In this document: in pieces, positions 1 to 10,800 of the stretch
Position numbering within the stretch: position 1 is the stretch's first letter
Layout: each line of letters starts with the position of its first letter
NCBI GenBank assembly: GCA_050290185.1
Contig: JBNKHE010000009.1
Location: forward strand, 135,031 to 199,030
DNA length: 64,000 bases
From: Pontiella sp.
GTDB lineage: Bacteria; Verrucomicrobiota; Kiritimatiellia; Kiritimatiellales; Pontiellaceae
Reading direction: 5' to 3'
Translations under genes and position numbers: made by a program
The notes under the pieces: model-generated
The model's database searches: none
Told to the model about the DNA's origin: nothing
The model's input: the letters and a program-made list of their open reading frames with translations, nothing else

Positions 1-134
1 GCGAGTGCGCGGAAGAGCGTGCTCTTGCCGCATCCCGATGGCCCGAAAACGCCGAGTGCCGACTCGAGGCAGCGGAACTGCGCATCGAGCAGGAACTTGC
101 CCTGTCGCAGATAGATATCGACCTCAAGGTTCAT
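1..134 (-). CDS. modC: Molybdate ABC transporter ATP-binding subunit (N-terminal part; runs off window)
   Basis: Manual translation from ATG 134 gives MNLEVDIYLRQGKFLLDAQFRCLESALGVFGPSGCGKSTLFRAL (Walker A); directly downstream of modB. Alternative in-frame ATG at 143. Confidence 0.9.
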   Translation of the reverse strand, partial: MNLEVDIYLRQGKFLLDAQFRCLESALGVFGPSGCGKSTLFRAL

Positions 135-175
135 GAATTCCATTCCGTCTGTTTTTCTGTTTCATGCATGAATTT

Positions 176-240
176 AAACACCCGCTTCGCTTCAGGCACA
201 AAGGACTCGAAGCTTAGTGAACTTGGTGTCTTTGTGTTTA
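176..240. repeat. Short intergenic palindromic element (three-unit type)
   Basis: CACAAAGGACTCGAAG followed by CTTAGTGAA-CTTGGTGT-CTTTGTG; the left flank CACCCGCTTCGCTTCAG resembles CACCCGCTGCGCTTGAG at ~32271. Confidence 0.55.
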
Positions 241-261
241 ATCCATATGCACTATTTCGGA

Positions 262-960
262 TCATTGGTTGCGTTCCATCCGTTTTTTCGATCGCCGCGT
301 CAGCCATTCCGACACCAGCAGGCTGGCGAAGCAGAGGATTAGCGAGCAGATGACCAGCCGCATGGCGGCGGGCTCCTCCCCGGGAACCTGAAGGCTGGAA
401 TAGATGGCCAGCGGCAGGGTCTGGGTCGAGCCTTCAATGTTGCCGGCAAAGGTGATGGTGGCGCCGAATTCGCCGAGGCTGCGTGAAAAGGCGAGCAGGA
501 TACCGCCGAGGATGCCCGGCCAGGCGAGCGGCAGTGTGATCCTGAAAAAGACGCGGAGCGGATGATAACCGAGCGTCTGTGCTGCTTCCTCCAGACGTCG
601 GTCGACCAGTGTAATGGCAAGCCGCACCGAGCGCACGGCGAGGGGGAGGGCAACGATGGCGGCAGCCAGAACCGCACCCTGCCAGGTAAAGACGAGGTGA
701 ATGCCGAACCATTCGTTAAGTGGGCGACCGAGCCAGCCATGGCGACCAAACAGGACCAGCAGCAGGTAGCCGGTTACGACAGGAGGCATGACCAGTGGAG
801 CGTGGACGAGGCTTTCCAGCAATACCTTGCCGCGGAATTCGCGCCGGGCCAGCAACCAACCGAGCACCACCGCTGGAACAGCGGTCACCACCGCCACTCC
901 GAGGGCTACTTTCAGCGACAGCCATACCGCTGTCCATTCAGTTGGAGATAGGTTCCACAT
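262..960 (-). CDS. modB: Molybdate ABC transporter permease
   Basis: 232 aa hydrophobic protein; PLVMPPVVTGYLLL, LEEAAQTLG (EAA loop), SLGEFGAT, TLPLAIY are typical ModB motifs. Confidence 0.95.
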   Translation of the reverse strand: MWNLSPTEWTAVWLSLKVALGVAVVTAVPAVVLGWLLARREFRGKVLLESLVHAPLVMPPVVTGYLLLVLFGRHGWLGRPLNEWFGIHLVFTWQGAVLAAAIVALPLAVRSVRLAITLVDRRLEEAAQTLGYHPLRVFFRITLPLAWPGILGGILLAFSRSLGEFGATITFAGNIEGSTQTLPLAIYSSLQVPGEEPAAMRLVICSLILCFASLLVSEWLTRRSKKRMERNQ

Positions 961-967
961 GATTGGA

Positions 968-1708
968 CTAATCTGACGTATCCGACGGATTTATGAAGCC
1001 GTATTGTTTGAAAACGGCTTTAGCCGTTTCCGATTTCAGAAATTCCATAAAGGTCTTGGCCGAGGCCGAACCCGTTTTCAGGCAGGCCACGGGATAAACG
1101 ATGGGCGGGTACGAATCTTCAGGGAAGGTACCGATTACCTTTACCTTGGCCGATTGCATGGCGTCGGTGCGATAGACGATGCCCGCGTCGACCTCGCCGC
1201 GTTCCACATACATCAGCACGGTGCGGACATTGGTCCCTTTCACCAGTTTGCCCTCCACGTCATCAAGCCAGCCGAGTGACTTGAGCGCTGCTTCGGCGTA
1301 AGTTCCCGCCGGGACACTCCTGAACTCGCCGACGGCGAGCATCCTTTTCAGGTTGGACGGGAAGCCTTCGAAAGTCATGACGCTGTTTTTCGGGGCAACC
1401 AGAACCAGCGCGTTGCATGCGATGTTTGTCCGCGTTCCGGCCAGAAGCAGATCTTTTTCCTCGAGATAATTCATCCACCTTACATTGGCGGATACGTACA
1501 GGTCGGCGGGTGCGCCGGCATCGATCTGCCGGGCCAATGCACCAGACGAGGCAAAGTTGAATCGGATGTTCTCTCCGCCGTTTTCCTTGAACTTCGCTGC
1601 CAGCGCCTTCATCACATCCGTCGTACTGGCGGCGGCAAAGACCGTCAGATCAGCGGATGAAACGCTCGAAGCGCCTAGCAAAAATAGAATGGCCAGAAAA
1701 CCTTTCAT
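968..1708 (-). CDS. modA: Molybdate-binding periplasmic protein
   Basis: Start moved to MKGFLAILFLLG (signal peptide); VFAAAS, FASSGALARQI, VPAGTYA, GEVDAGIVYRTD, PIVYP. Confidence 0.95.
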   Translation of the reverse strand: MKGFLAILFLLGASSVSSADLTVFAAASTTDVMKALAAKFKENGGENIRFNFASSGALARQIDAGAPADLYVSANVRWMNYLEEKDLLLAGTRTNIACNALVLVAPKNSVMTFEGFPSNLKRMLAVGEFRSVPAGTYAEAALKSLGWLDDVEGKLVKGTNVRTVLMYVERGEVDAGIVYRTDAMQSAKVKVIGTFPEDSYPPIVYPVACLKTGSASAKTFMEFLKSETAKAVFKQYGFINPSDTSD

Positions 1709-1894
1709 GTCGGTGCCGCCAAAAGTATAGCGACCATTCCGCACGTCAAGCTTTCCATACATCGGAATACTCAGCCGGGTTCATACTCGCTGGTGGCCTC
1801 GCCACCGCTGAGGCTCCGGCGGGTTATTTGTCGGGAAATGTGCGGCCCCGAGGAATGTGCCCGTCTTGAAACGGCGGGTTAGACTTTTTACCCG

Positions 1895-3337
1895 TCAGGT
1901 CAATGGAAGAACGATGGTGAAGGTGGTGCCACGTTCGGGGTCGGATTGAACCGAAATCTGTCCGCCGTGGGCTTCGACGAGGCTTTGGACGATGGAGAGT
2001 CCGAGCCCGGCGCCGCCTTGCTCGCGGGAGCGGGATTTGTCGACACGGTAGAAGCGTTCGAAAATGTGGGGAAGATGTTCTTCGGGAATGCCTGTTCCCT
2101 GGTCGGCGATATCGATTGCGGCGGTATCGCCGTCTTCTCTCAAGAAAACGCACAGGGGGCATCCCTGGGGGTTATGCTGCACGGCGTTGGCCAGCAGGTT
2201 GGTCACGATCTGGTGGATGCGCTCCCGGTCGACATCGGCGATCAACGGTTTATCCGTGCCTTTAAAATCGACGGGATGCTTGGCCGAAAGCAGCGATGCG
2301 GAATCGGCGGCATCGGAAAGGACGGTATTCAGGTCGCACCGGGTTTTCGTGAGAGTGTTTCCCTGACTGTCGATGCGGGTAAGCGTGAGCAGGCTGTTGG
2401 CCATGGTTTTCATGCGTTGGCCGGCGCGTAGGCAGGCCTCCAAAACGGTTTTGTATTCCTCCGGGGTGCGGTCGCGCTTCAGGGCCGCTTGCGTCTGGGC
2501 AATGACCACGGCGATGGGCGTGCGTAGTTCGTGGGAGGCGTCGGCGGAAAAACGCTTCTGGGTTTCGATGGCTTCGTCGAGATGGTCGAAGGTTTCGTTG
2601 AGCGTATGGGCCATGCCCGCCAGTTCGTCGGGGGCATCGGATAGTTGAATGCGGCTGCTGCGCTCGCCGGAGGCAATCTGTTCGGCGATCCGGCTGATCT
2701 CCCGGATCGGATGGATCGCTTTGCCGATAATCAGCAGGCCGCCGAAAAAGCCGATGAGCATAATGGACAGTCCCACCAGGATCAGTTGCAGGCGGGTGTC
2801 GGCCATGGTCTTGTTAAGCGGGGCGAGGGGATAGCCCATGACGATCGTAAGTCCGCCCGGCTGTTGCTTGACCAGTTCACGGAAACCATCCCGCGAGATA
2901 AGATCCTGCTCTTCAGGATGCCGGACATAATCGCTGAAGGAGCGACCAGAGGGAACGGCACCGTAGCGATTCCGCTCGGCTCCCCGCGGGTCGATGATCA
3001 CCACGTACCGGCCTTGCGTTGCGAGTTCATCCAGATACGTTTTCCCGTCCTTGATGATAGGGGAGCGTCCAGCAGTCTGGCGCATATCGTCTCTGGCAGC
3101 TAAGGGGGCGTCCATCGGCATCCGGTCACCGGCCACCATTCGTATCGGTTCATTTCTAGGCGGTGCGACGGTCGGCAAGACCAGCACCAGTTCCTGTTGC
3201 AGCTGTTTGTCGATGCCAGCGATCAGCTCCTTTTTCTTTAGGTGGTAGTGGAGCGGGAGCAGTGTGCCCAATACACCGGCGAGCAGCAGCATCTGCCATA
3301 TTTGCAAGCGCCATTTGATGGATCGGAATACCTTCAA
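1895..3337 (-). CDS. Membrane sensor histidine kinase (HAMP-HisKA-HATPase), OmpR-family partner
   Basis: Two TM segments; ADASHELRTP H-box, NLLANA, DQGTGI, FERFYRVD, GAGLGL. Probable TTG start at 3337, just after the regulator stop, with GGAG upstream. Confidence 0.92.
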   Translation of the reverse strand: MKVFRSIKWRLQIWQMLLLAGVLGTLLPLHYHLKKKELIAGIDKQLQQELVLVLPTVAPPRNEPIRMVAGDRMPMDAPLAARDDMRQTAGRSPIIKDGKTYLDELATQGRYVVIIDPRGAERNRYGAVPSGRSFSDYVRHPEEQDLISRDGFRELVKQQPGGLTIVMGYPLAPLNKTMADTRLQLILVGLSIMLIGFFGGLLIIGKAIHPIREISRIAEQIASGERSSRIQLSDAPDELAGMAHTLNETFDHLDEAIETQKRFSADASHELRTPIAVVIAQTQAALKRDRTPEEYKTVLEACLRAGQRMKTMANSLLTLTRIDSQGNTLTKTRCDLNTVLSDAADSASLLSAKHPVDFKGTDKPLIADVDRERIHQIVTNLLANAVQHNPQGCPLCVFLREDGDTAAIDIADQGTGIPEEHLPHIFERFYRVDKSRSREQGGAGLGLSIVQSLVEAHGGQISVQSDPERGTTFTIVLPLT

Positions 3338-3338
3338 G

Positions 3339-3992
3339 TCATCGCTCCATGATATAGCCCTGACCCCGGCGGGTCTTGATGCTTCCGGCGCCCAGCTTGT
3401 GCCGTAGGTTGCAGATATGGACATCGAGCACGTTGGAGAGCGAATCGTCGTTTTCGTCGAACAGGTGCTCGTACAACTCCGTGCGCGACACCACCCGGTC
3501 GGAATGGAGCATGAGGTACTCGAGCAGCGAGTATTCCATGGCGGTCAGCCCCACCGGACTGCCCGCCACCTGCACGCTTTTCTTCGAGGTATCAATCTCC
3601 AGGATGCCGTCCCGCACAACGGTCGTGGACTTGCCGGCCGTACGGCGTATGAGGGCGCGCAGGCGGGCGGTCAGTTCGGCCATCTCGAAGGGTTTGACCA
3701 GGAAATCGTCGGAGCCCAGGTCCAGCCCCTTAACGCGGTCGTCCACCTCACCTCGCGCAGTCAGGATCAGCACGGGGGTATGCTTTTTCTTGCGGAGCTT
3801 TTCGAGCACTTCCCATCCATCCATCTTCGGCATCATGATGTCGAGAATGATGGCGTCGTAGTCCCAGTTGAGCGCCTTGTACAGCCCTTCTTCACCATCA
3901 ACTGCCGTATCCAGCGCATAGCCCTCCTCGGCCAGCCCCATCGAAAGCGCCAGCCGCAGATCCGATTCATCTTCCACAATCAATAGTCTCAT
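3339..3992 (-). CDS. OmpR/PhoB-family response regulator
   Basis: LIVEDE, ILDIMMP, LTARG, KPF, winged-helix NVLDVHICNLRHKL...TRRGQGY. Confidence 0.95.
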   Translation of the reverse strand: MRLLIVEDESDLRLALSMGLAEEGYALDTAVDGEEGLYKALNWDYDAIILDIMMPKMDGWEVLEKLRKKKHTPVLILTARGEVDDRVKGLDLGSDDFLVKPFEMAELTARLRALIRRTAGKSTTVVRDGILEIDTSKKSVQVAGSPVGLTAMEYSLLEYLMLHSDRVVSRTELYEHLFDENDDSLSNVLDVHICNLRHKLGAGSIKTRRGQGYIMER

Positions 3993-4026
3993 CCGTCTTC
4001 TCCGATTTCTTCAATGTACGCAAAAC

Positions 4027-4060
4027 CTTCTAGCACGGCGAACCTTAAGATTGGATTAAG
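4027..4060 (-). promoter_or_regulatory. Direct-repeat regulator box plus -10 element, upstream of response regulator 1
   Basis: Minus strand reads CTTAATCCAATCTTAAGGTTCGCCGTGCTAGAAG; 20 nt (CTTAAGGTTCGCCGTGCTAG) are identical to the site at 12216. Confidence 0.7.
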
Positions 4061-4085
4061 ATTGTCCGTAGCTACAGTTTTGTCT

Positions 4086-4155
4086 CTCGCAGAGGCGCGG
4101 AGGTCGCAGGGAAATAAATCCTATCCATACTCTGCGACCTCGGCGCCTCAGCGAG
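4086..4155. repeat. Palindromic intergenic element (CTCGCAGAG family)
   Basis: CTCGCAGAGGCGCGGAGGTCGCAG...CTCTGCGACCTCGGCGCCTCAGCGAG; related copies at 22454, 32021, 32156, 49323 and 52018. Confidence 0.8.
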
Positions 4156-4178
4156 GAAAATTCTCTTTCGGACTGTGG

Positions 4179-4212
4179 CTTCATCCTGGCTTAAGGTTTG
4201 GTGCGCTAAGGT
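4179..4212 (+). promoter_or_regulatory. Direct-repeat regulator box plus -10 element, upstream of EF-hand gene
   Basis: CTTCATCCTGGCTTAAGGTTTGGTGCGCTAAGGT; same spacing as the other boxes. Confidence 0.7.
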
Positions 4213-4275
4213 ACCTGCGTCAATCGGGGAAAGGAACGCGGCCTGTTCCGCGCAGAAGAACGAAGGAGGCATACC

Positions 4276-4758
4276 ATGAAGGCACAGCTGGCAACACTAA
4301 TCACCTTGCTTGTCGCAGGAACCGCAATGGCCCAGGACGAACAGGGAAACCGCCCGCCGCCGCGCGGCGAAGGTGGATTCATCAAACACTTCGACAAGGA
4401 CGGGGACGGCAAGATCTCCCAGGATGAATTCAAGGGCCCGGCCGAGCACTTCTCGCACATGGATAAAAACGGCGATGGATTCATTAGCGAAGAGGAAGCA
4501 CCCAAAGGTCCGCCGCCCAAACGAGGTCAGGGCGGTCCGCAGGGCGACGGTGAACCAGATGAAGGGTTCATAAAACACTTCGACCAGGATGGGGACGGCC
4601 AAGTCTCCCAGGATGAATTCAAGGGGCCGGACGAGCACTTCACGCACATGGATAAAAACGGCGATGGATACATTGATGCCAGCGAAGCACCCAAAGGGCC
4701 TCCGCCGAATGGAGACGGAGGGAACAGCGGCGATCGGTGTCCTCCACCGAATCAGTAG
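4276..4758 (+). CDS. Secreted EF-hand calcium-binding protein (4 EF loops, internal duplication)
   Basis: SD AAGGAGG; signal peptide; DKDGDGKISQDE, DKNGDGFISEEE, DQDGDGQVSQDE, DKNGDGYIDASE; GPPP linkers. Confidence 0.9.
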   Translation: MKAQLATLITLLVAGTAMAQDEQGNRPPPRGEGGFIKHFDKDGDGKISQDEFKGPAEHFSHMDKNGDGFISEEEAPKGPPPKRGQGGPQGDGEPDEGFIKHFDQDGDGQVSQDEFKGPDEHFTHMDKNGDGYIDASEAPKGPPPNGDGGNSGDRCPPPNQ

Positions 4759-4779
4759 AGTCGAGGTTTGAACCCTGGC

Positions 4780-4817
4780 AAAGAGGCGCTCCAAACCGGA
4801 GCGCCTCTTTTATTTTT
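4780..4817. terminator. Intrinsic terminator between convergent genes
   Basis: AAAGAGGCGCTCC-AAACC-GGAGCGCCTCTTT followed by TATTTTT. Confidence 0.85.
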
Positions 4818-4824
4818 CGGCTTT

Positions 4825-7800
4825 CTATTCGGAGAGCTGGACGCCGATGCGGTAGAAGCTTTTGGTTTCGGCGGCATGTACGGTGTCGGTCCAGCTGTTT
4901 TGCGGATAGACGAGATTGGATACGGTTGCCGACGGGAATCCGTTGGTCAGGTCGTTGTTCCAGTAGACGCTGTAGGTGCGGCCGGTAACAGCGGTCCAGC
5001 TGACGACAAAGCCGGCGGGATTCGTGATGGAGAGGGAGGTGGCGAAGAAGGATGTGCTGTTGGTGGGATCCATTCCGGCCATATATTCCTCAAAGTTACT
5101 TTGTCCGTCGAGGTCGCTGTCCGCTCCGGCGACGGCGTTGGTGGGATCGAGGAAGTAGCGCAGTTCCCATTCATCGGGCAGTCCGTCGCCGTCTGAGTCG
5201 ACAGGGGTGTCGGCGTTGAGCCATATCCGGTTCGCCTGGTTGTAGTTCGCCACGAAGGCATCGATATCTCCGTCGCCGTCGAGGTCGCCCAGGCTCACAC
5301 CTCGGCTTTCGGAGCTTCCCAGGCTTTGGCCGTTATCGGAGAAGCTGCCGGAGCCGTCGTTCAGCCAGACCCGGTTGGCCTGATCGCGATTGGCCGTAAT
5401 GGCATCAAGGTCGCCATCGCCGTCGAGGTCGCCCAGTTTCACGTTATAGCTATCGGATGTTCCCAGCGTATTTCCGCTGTCGGCAAAGTTTCCGTTTCCG
5501 TCGTTCAGCCAGACCCGGTTGGCCTGGTTGTTTGCCACAAAGGCATCGAGATCGCCGTCGCCATCCACATCGCCGAGGTTCACGTCAACACTCGATGAGC
5601 TGCCCAGACTTTGGCCGCTGTCGGCGAAGTTTCCGTTTCCGTCGTTCAGCCAGACCCGGTTGGCCTGAGCACCGTGGTTTGCCTCGAAGGCATCGAGATC
5701 GCCGTCACCATCCACATCGCCCAGACTCACGGTCATGCTGTATGAGCTTCCCAGGCTTTGACCGCTGTCGGAGAAATTGCCGTTGCCGTCGTTGAGCCAG
5801 ACCCGGTTCGGTTCTGCGAAGTTTGCCACGAAGGCATCAAGATCGCCGTCGCCATCCACGTCGCCTAGGCTTACATCATTGCTATTGTAGCTTCCCAGGT
5901 CTTGGCCGCTGTCGGCAAAGTTTCCGTTTCCGTCGTTCAGCCAGATCCGGTTCCTCTGAGCGAAGGCCGCCACAAAGGCGTCGAGATCACCATCGCTGTC
6001 GAGGTCGCCGAGGCACACGCCAACGCTGGGTGCGTAGCCCAGGCTTTGACTGCTGCTGGTAAAGGTGCCGCTGCCGTCGTTCAGCCAGACCCGGCTCGGC
6101 TGGTCGAAGTTGGCCACGAAGGCGTCGAGATCGCCGTCGCCGTCGAGGTCGCCCAGGCTTACGTCCTGGCTTTGGGCGCTTCCCAAGCTGTTGCCGCTGT
6201 CGGCAAAGCTGCCGCTGCCGCCCAGCGCTCCGACTCTAAACTGGAAGGCGTATGGCGCCGGCATCGGCGCGCCGTCGCTGCTATAGAGATCCTTTGTCAG
6301 AACAACGTTGACGGTTTCTCCCGGTTTGAAGCCGTTGTACGGGTGGAAGGTGATCGTAGGCGTTCCATCGCCGGAGAACATGCCGAAAAACCGGCCCGAA
6401 AGGGAGCCGTTCACGTTGAAGGTCGAGTCGTCGTCGAAGGGCGACTGTGCCATGTTCATGTTGAAGGTTACTGCGATGGTGCTTCCGGTTGCAACGCCCA
6501 GAGCATTGCTGTCCGGAACATGGGCGGTCACGACGGGTTGGGCCACCACCGTGTAGGTTTCGCCGGTGAAGTCGGTCGCGGCCGGATTGCCGGCGGCATC
6601 GAGTACGCTGTCCAGGGCATCATGGCTGAAGTCGAGGCCCAGCGTGCCGCCGGGGCTCACGCCGTTCACCGTTACGGAGACCGAGCTGCCGCTGGCAGAG
6701 GATACATCGTCGATGGTGCCGGAAGCCGATCCCGTCAGGGCCAGCGCGAAATCGCCCGTCTCGATGTCGGTTACCGGCTCGCTGAATGTAACCGTGAAGA
6801 CGACGCTGGTCGACCAGGTCGGATTGGCATCCGCCCGGACGATGGACGTCACGGTGGGTGCCGTATTGTCGAGCGTATAGGTTTCGTCGGTGGCCGGCTC
6901 GCCCGACACTTGCAGCACGTTGCCTGCAAGGTCCGTGATACCCGCTCCCGCATTCAGATCCAGTCCTACGGTCCCATTGAGAGCAGCCAGATCGCCGCCG
7001 CTCAGCGTAAGCGTGTAGGACGCGCCCGAACCGCTCTGTATACCCGTTGCGGTGGTTCCGGTGATCGTATAATCCGTCGGGTCCACATACTTGACGGGTT
7101 CGTTGAACGTGATATCGAAAACCAGCGTATCGGCAGCCGTCAGGCTTTCCGCCGGTGTGTTGCGGGCAAATGCGATCAGCATGGGGGGCGTGTTGTCGAC
7201 CTCGTAGGTTTCATCCGTCGCCGGCTCGCTGTCCGGCAGGGGGTTGCCTGCGGCGTCCAGGATGTATTGGCCATCGGTCAGGTCCAGTCCCACGGTTCCG
7301 TCGAAGTCGGCCAGATCGCCGCCACTCAGCGTAATCGTGTAGGCCGTGCCGGAACCCGCCAGCACGCCGGTTGCCGTGGTTCCCGTGATGGTGAAGTCCT
7401 CCATGTCCACATACACAACGGGCTCGTCGAATGTGATATCAAAGACCAGTGTGTTGGCCGCGGTCGGGTTTGTGGATGGCGTTTTTCGGGTAATGCTTAT
7501 CAAGGTAGGCGGCGTGTCGTCCACGTCCGTAACCGAGACGGTGAATACCTTCTGATACGTCCCGCTGTGTCCGTCGTCGGTCTGTACCCGGATGCTGTAG
7601 TTGGTTTGGGTCTCGTAGTCGAAGCTCGCTGCGGTCTTGAGCTGATCGCCGTCGATGGTGAAGGATGCGTTGCCGCCGCTTCCCGTGCCTGCAACGAGGC
7701 TGTAGGTGTGTGTGTCGTTCGCGTCGGTATCGGCGGTACTGAACGTGCCCACGACTGTGCCGGTGGCCTCATTCTCAGCCACGCTGTTGGTGGAGAGGGT

Positions 7801-10800
7801 TAAACTGGTGGGCGAATAGTTGTTCAGCCAGACGCGGTTCGCCTGACCATAGTTGGCCACAAAGGCGTCGATATCGCCGTCGTCGTCCAGATCGCCCAGA
7901 CCCGCGCCATAGCTGATGGAGTTCCCCAGGCTGTTGGCGCTGAGCGAGAAGCTTCCGCTGCCGTCATTGAGCCAGATGCGGTTGGCCTGGCCATAGTTGG
8001 CTACAAAGGCATCAAGGTCGCCGTCGCCGTCCACATCAGCCAGGTTTACGCCCACGCTGGTGTTGCCTCCCAGGCTTTGGCCGCTGTCGGTGAAACTGCC
8101 GCTACCGTTGTTCAGCCAGACCCGGTTTGGCTGGGAATAGTTCGCCACAAAGGCATCGAGGTCGCCGTCGCCATCGAGGTCCCCCAGGCTCACGGCATAA
8201 CTGCCGGAAGTTCCCAGGGCCTGTCCGCTGTCGGAGAAGGTGCCGTTGCCGTCGTTCAGCCAGACTCGGTTTGCCTCTCCGTTGTAGTTCGCCACAAAGA
8301 CGTCAAGATCGCCGTCGCCGTCCACATCGCCCAGGCGCACGTCTTGACTGTATGTGCTGCCCAGGCTTTGTCCGCTGTCCGAGAAATTGCCGTTGCCATC
8401 ATTCAACCAGACCTTGTTGCCTTGCCCCTGATTTGCCACAAAAGCGTCAAGGTCGCCGTCGCCATCGAGATCGCCCAGGCGCACGGTCATGCTGTATGAG
8501 CTTCCCAGGCTTTGGCCACTGTCCGAAAAGGTGCCGTTTCCATCGTTCAGCCAAACCCGGTTTGGCTGGGAGTAATTCGCCACGAAGGCATCGAGATCGC
8601 CGTCGCCATCCACGTCGCCGAGGCTTGCGCCATAACTATTGTAAGTTCCCAGAGCTTGTCCGTGGTCGGCGAAGCTGCCATGGCCGTCATTCAGCCACAC
8701 CCGGTTCCCCTGGGCGGCATTTGCCACAAAGGCGTCCAGATCGCCATCGCCGTCCAGGTCGCCCAGGTTCGCACTCACGCTCTGTGAGCTTCCCAGACTG
8801 TTGGTCGTGGCGGCGAAGAGGCCGCTTCCGCTTGGGGCTCCGACCACGAATTCGAAGGCATACGGGGCCACCGGATCCGCGCCCAGGGAGCTCTGAAGGC
8901 CCGTCGTCAGAACCACGCTAACGGTCTCGCCCGGCCTGAAGCCGTTGGTGGGTTGGTAGGTGATCGTGGGCGTTCCGTCGCCGGAGAACATGCCCTGAAT
9001 TTTGCCTGAAAGGGATCCGTTCACATTGAAGGTCGAGCCATCGTCAAAGGACGATTGTGCCATATCCACATTGAAGGTTACTGCGACGGTGCTGCCGGTC
9101 GCGACATCCAGTGCGTTGTTATCCGGTACATGGGAGGTCACGACGGGGTGGGCCGTGACGGTATACGTCTCGCCGGTAAAGTCGGCCGTTGCCGGGTGGC
9201 CGAGGGCGTCCAGCACGCTGTCCAAGGCACTGGGATCGAAATTGAGGCCCAGCGTACCATAGGGGCTCACACCATTCACCGTGACCGTGACCGAGCTACC
9301 GCTGGCGGCGGATACGCTTTCGATGGTGCCGGAGGCCGATCCCGTCAGAGCCAGCGCAAAATCACCCGGTTCGATGTCGCTCACCGGCTCGCTGAACATG
9401 ACTGTGAAGACGACGCTGGTTGACCAGGTCGGATCCGCATCCGCCCGCACGATAGACGTTACGGTGGGTGCTGTATTGTCGAGCGTATAGGTCTCGTCGG
9501 TGGCCGGTTCGCCGGCCGGCAGGGCATTGCCGACGGTGTCCGTGATGTTCTGGCCGGCGGCCAGATTCAGGCCTGCTGTGCCGGTAAGGTCCGCCAGATC
9601 ACCGCCGCTCACCGTGAGGGTGTAGGCCGTGCCGGATCCCGCCAGCACGCCCGTGGCGGTGGTGCCGGTGATGGTGAAGTCCGAGGCGTCTACGTTCACG
9701 ACGGGTTCGTCGAAGGTGATGTCAAAGACCAGCGAGTCGGCATCGGTCGGATTCGTGGCCGGTGTGTTGCGGGCAAATGCGGTCAGGGTGGGGACCGTGT
9801 TGTCGAGCTGATAGGTTTCATCCGTTGACGGCTCGCCCGCCGGCAGGGCGTTGCCCGCGAGGTCTGTAATATTCTGTTCGGAGTTCAGGTTCAGTCCCAC
9901 GGTTCCGTTGAGACTGGACAGATCGCCGCCGCTCACCGTGAGGGTGTAGGCCGTCCCGGAGCCTGCCAACACGCCGGTTGCGGTGGTGCCGGTGATGGTA
10001 AAGGCGGCGGCATCCACGTTGGTTACGGGTTCGTTGAACGTGATGTCGAAGACCAGCGTATCGGCGTTGACCGGACTCGTGGCCGGTGTGTTCCGGATAA
10101 AGCCCGTCAAGGTCGGTGGAATCTCGTCCACGTCCGTGATCGTGACGGTGAACGCCTCTTCGTACGTCCCTCCATGGCCGTCGGCGGTCTGCACGCGGAT
10201 ACTGTAGTTGGTCTTGGTTTCATAGTCAAAGCTTGCTGCGGTTTTGAGCTGGTCGCCGTTGATGGTGAAGGAACCATTGTCGTCGCTGCCCGTGCCCGCG
10301 ACGAGGCTGTAGGTAGGCGTGTCGCCGCTATCGGCGTCGGTGGTGCTGAACGTACCCACAACCGTTCCGATGGCCTGATTCTCAGCCACGCTGCCGGAGG
10401 ATAAGTTCACATCGGTCGGCAAGCTGTTATTCAGCCATACCCGGTTCGCCTGAGTGTAGTTCGCCACAAAGGCATCGAGGTCGCCGTCGCCGTCTACATC
10501 TCCCAAACCCGCGCAACGGCTCTTGGCGCTTCCCAGATTTTGGCCGCTGTCGGTGAAGGTTCCACTGCCGTTATTCAGCCACGCCCGGTTCGCTTGAGAG
10601 CCGTTTATCACGAAAGCGTCCAGGTCGCCATCGCCGTCCACATCGCCCAGGTTCACGGCAAAGCTGTTGTAGCTTCCCAGGTTTTGGCCGCTGTCGGAGA
10701 AACTGCCGCTGCCGTTGTTCAGCCAGATCTGGTTCCCCTGACCGTAGACCGCCGCGAAGGCGTCAAGATCGCCGTCGCCGTCCACGTCGCCCAGACTCAC

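Noticed and set aside
1710..1894. Moco riboswitch or ModE box upstream of modA
   Set aside because: Hairpins and a GGAAAG are present, but I could not match the Moco consensus or a full ModE palindrome by eye; a covariance-model search is needed.
5902..7803. Long antisense ORFs (633 aa here; also 10540-11616 and 12345-13946)
   Set aside because: Shadow frames of GC-rich repetitive genes with no recognisable motifs.
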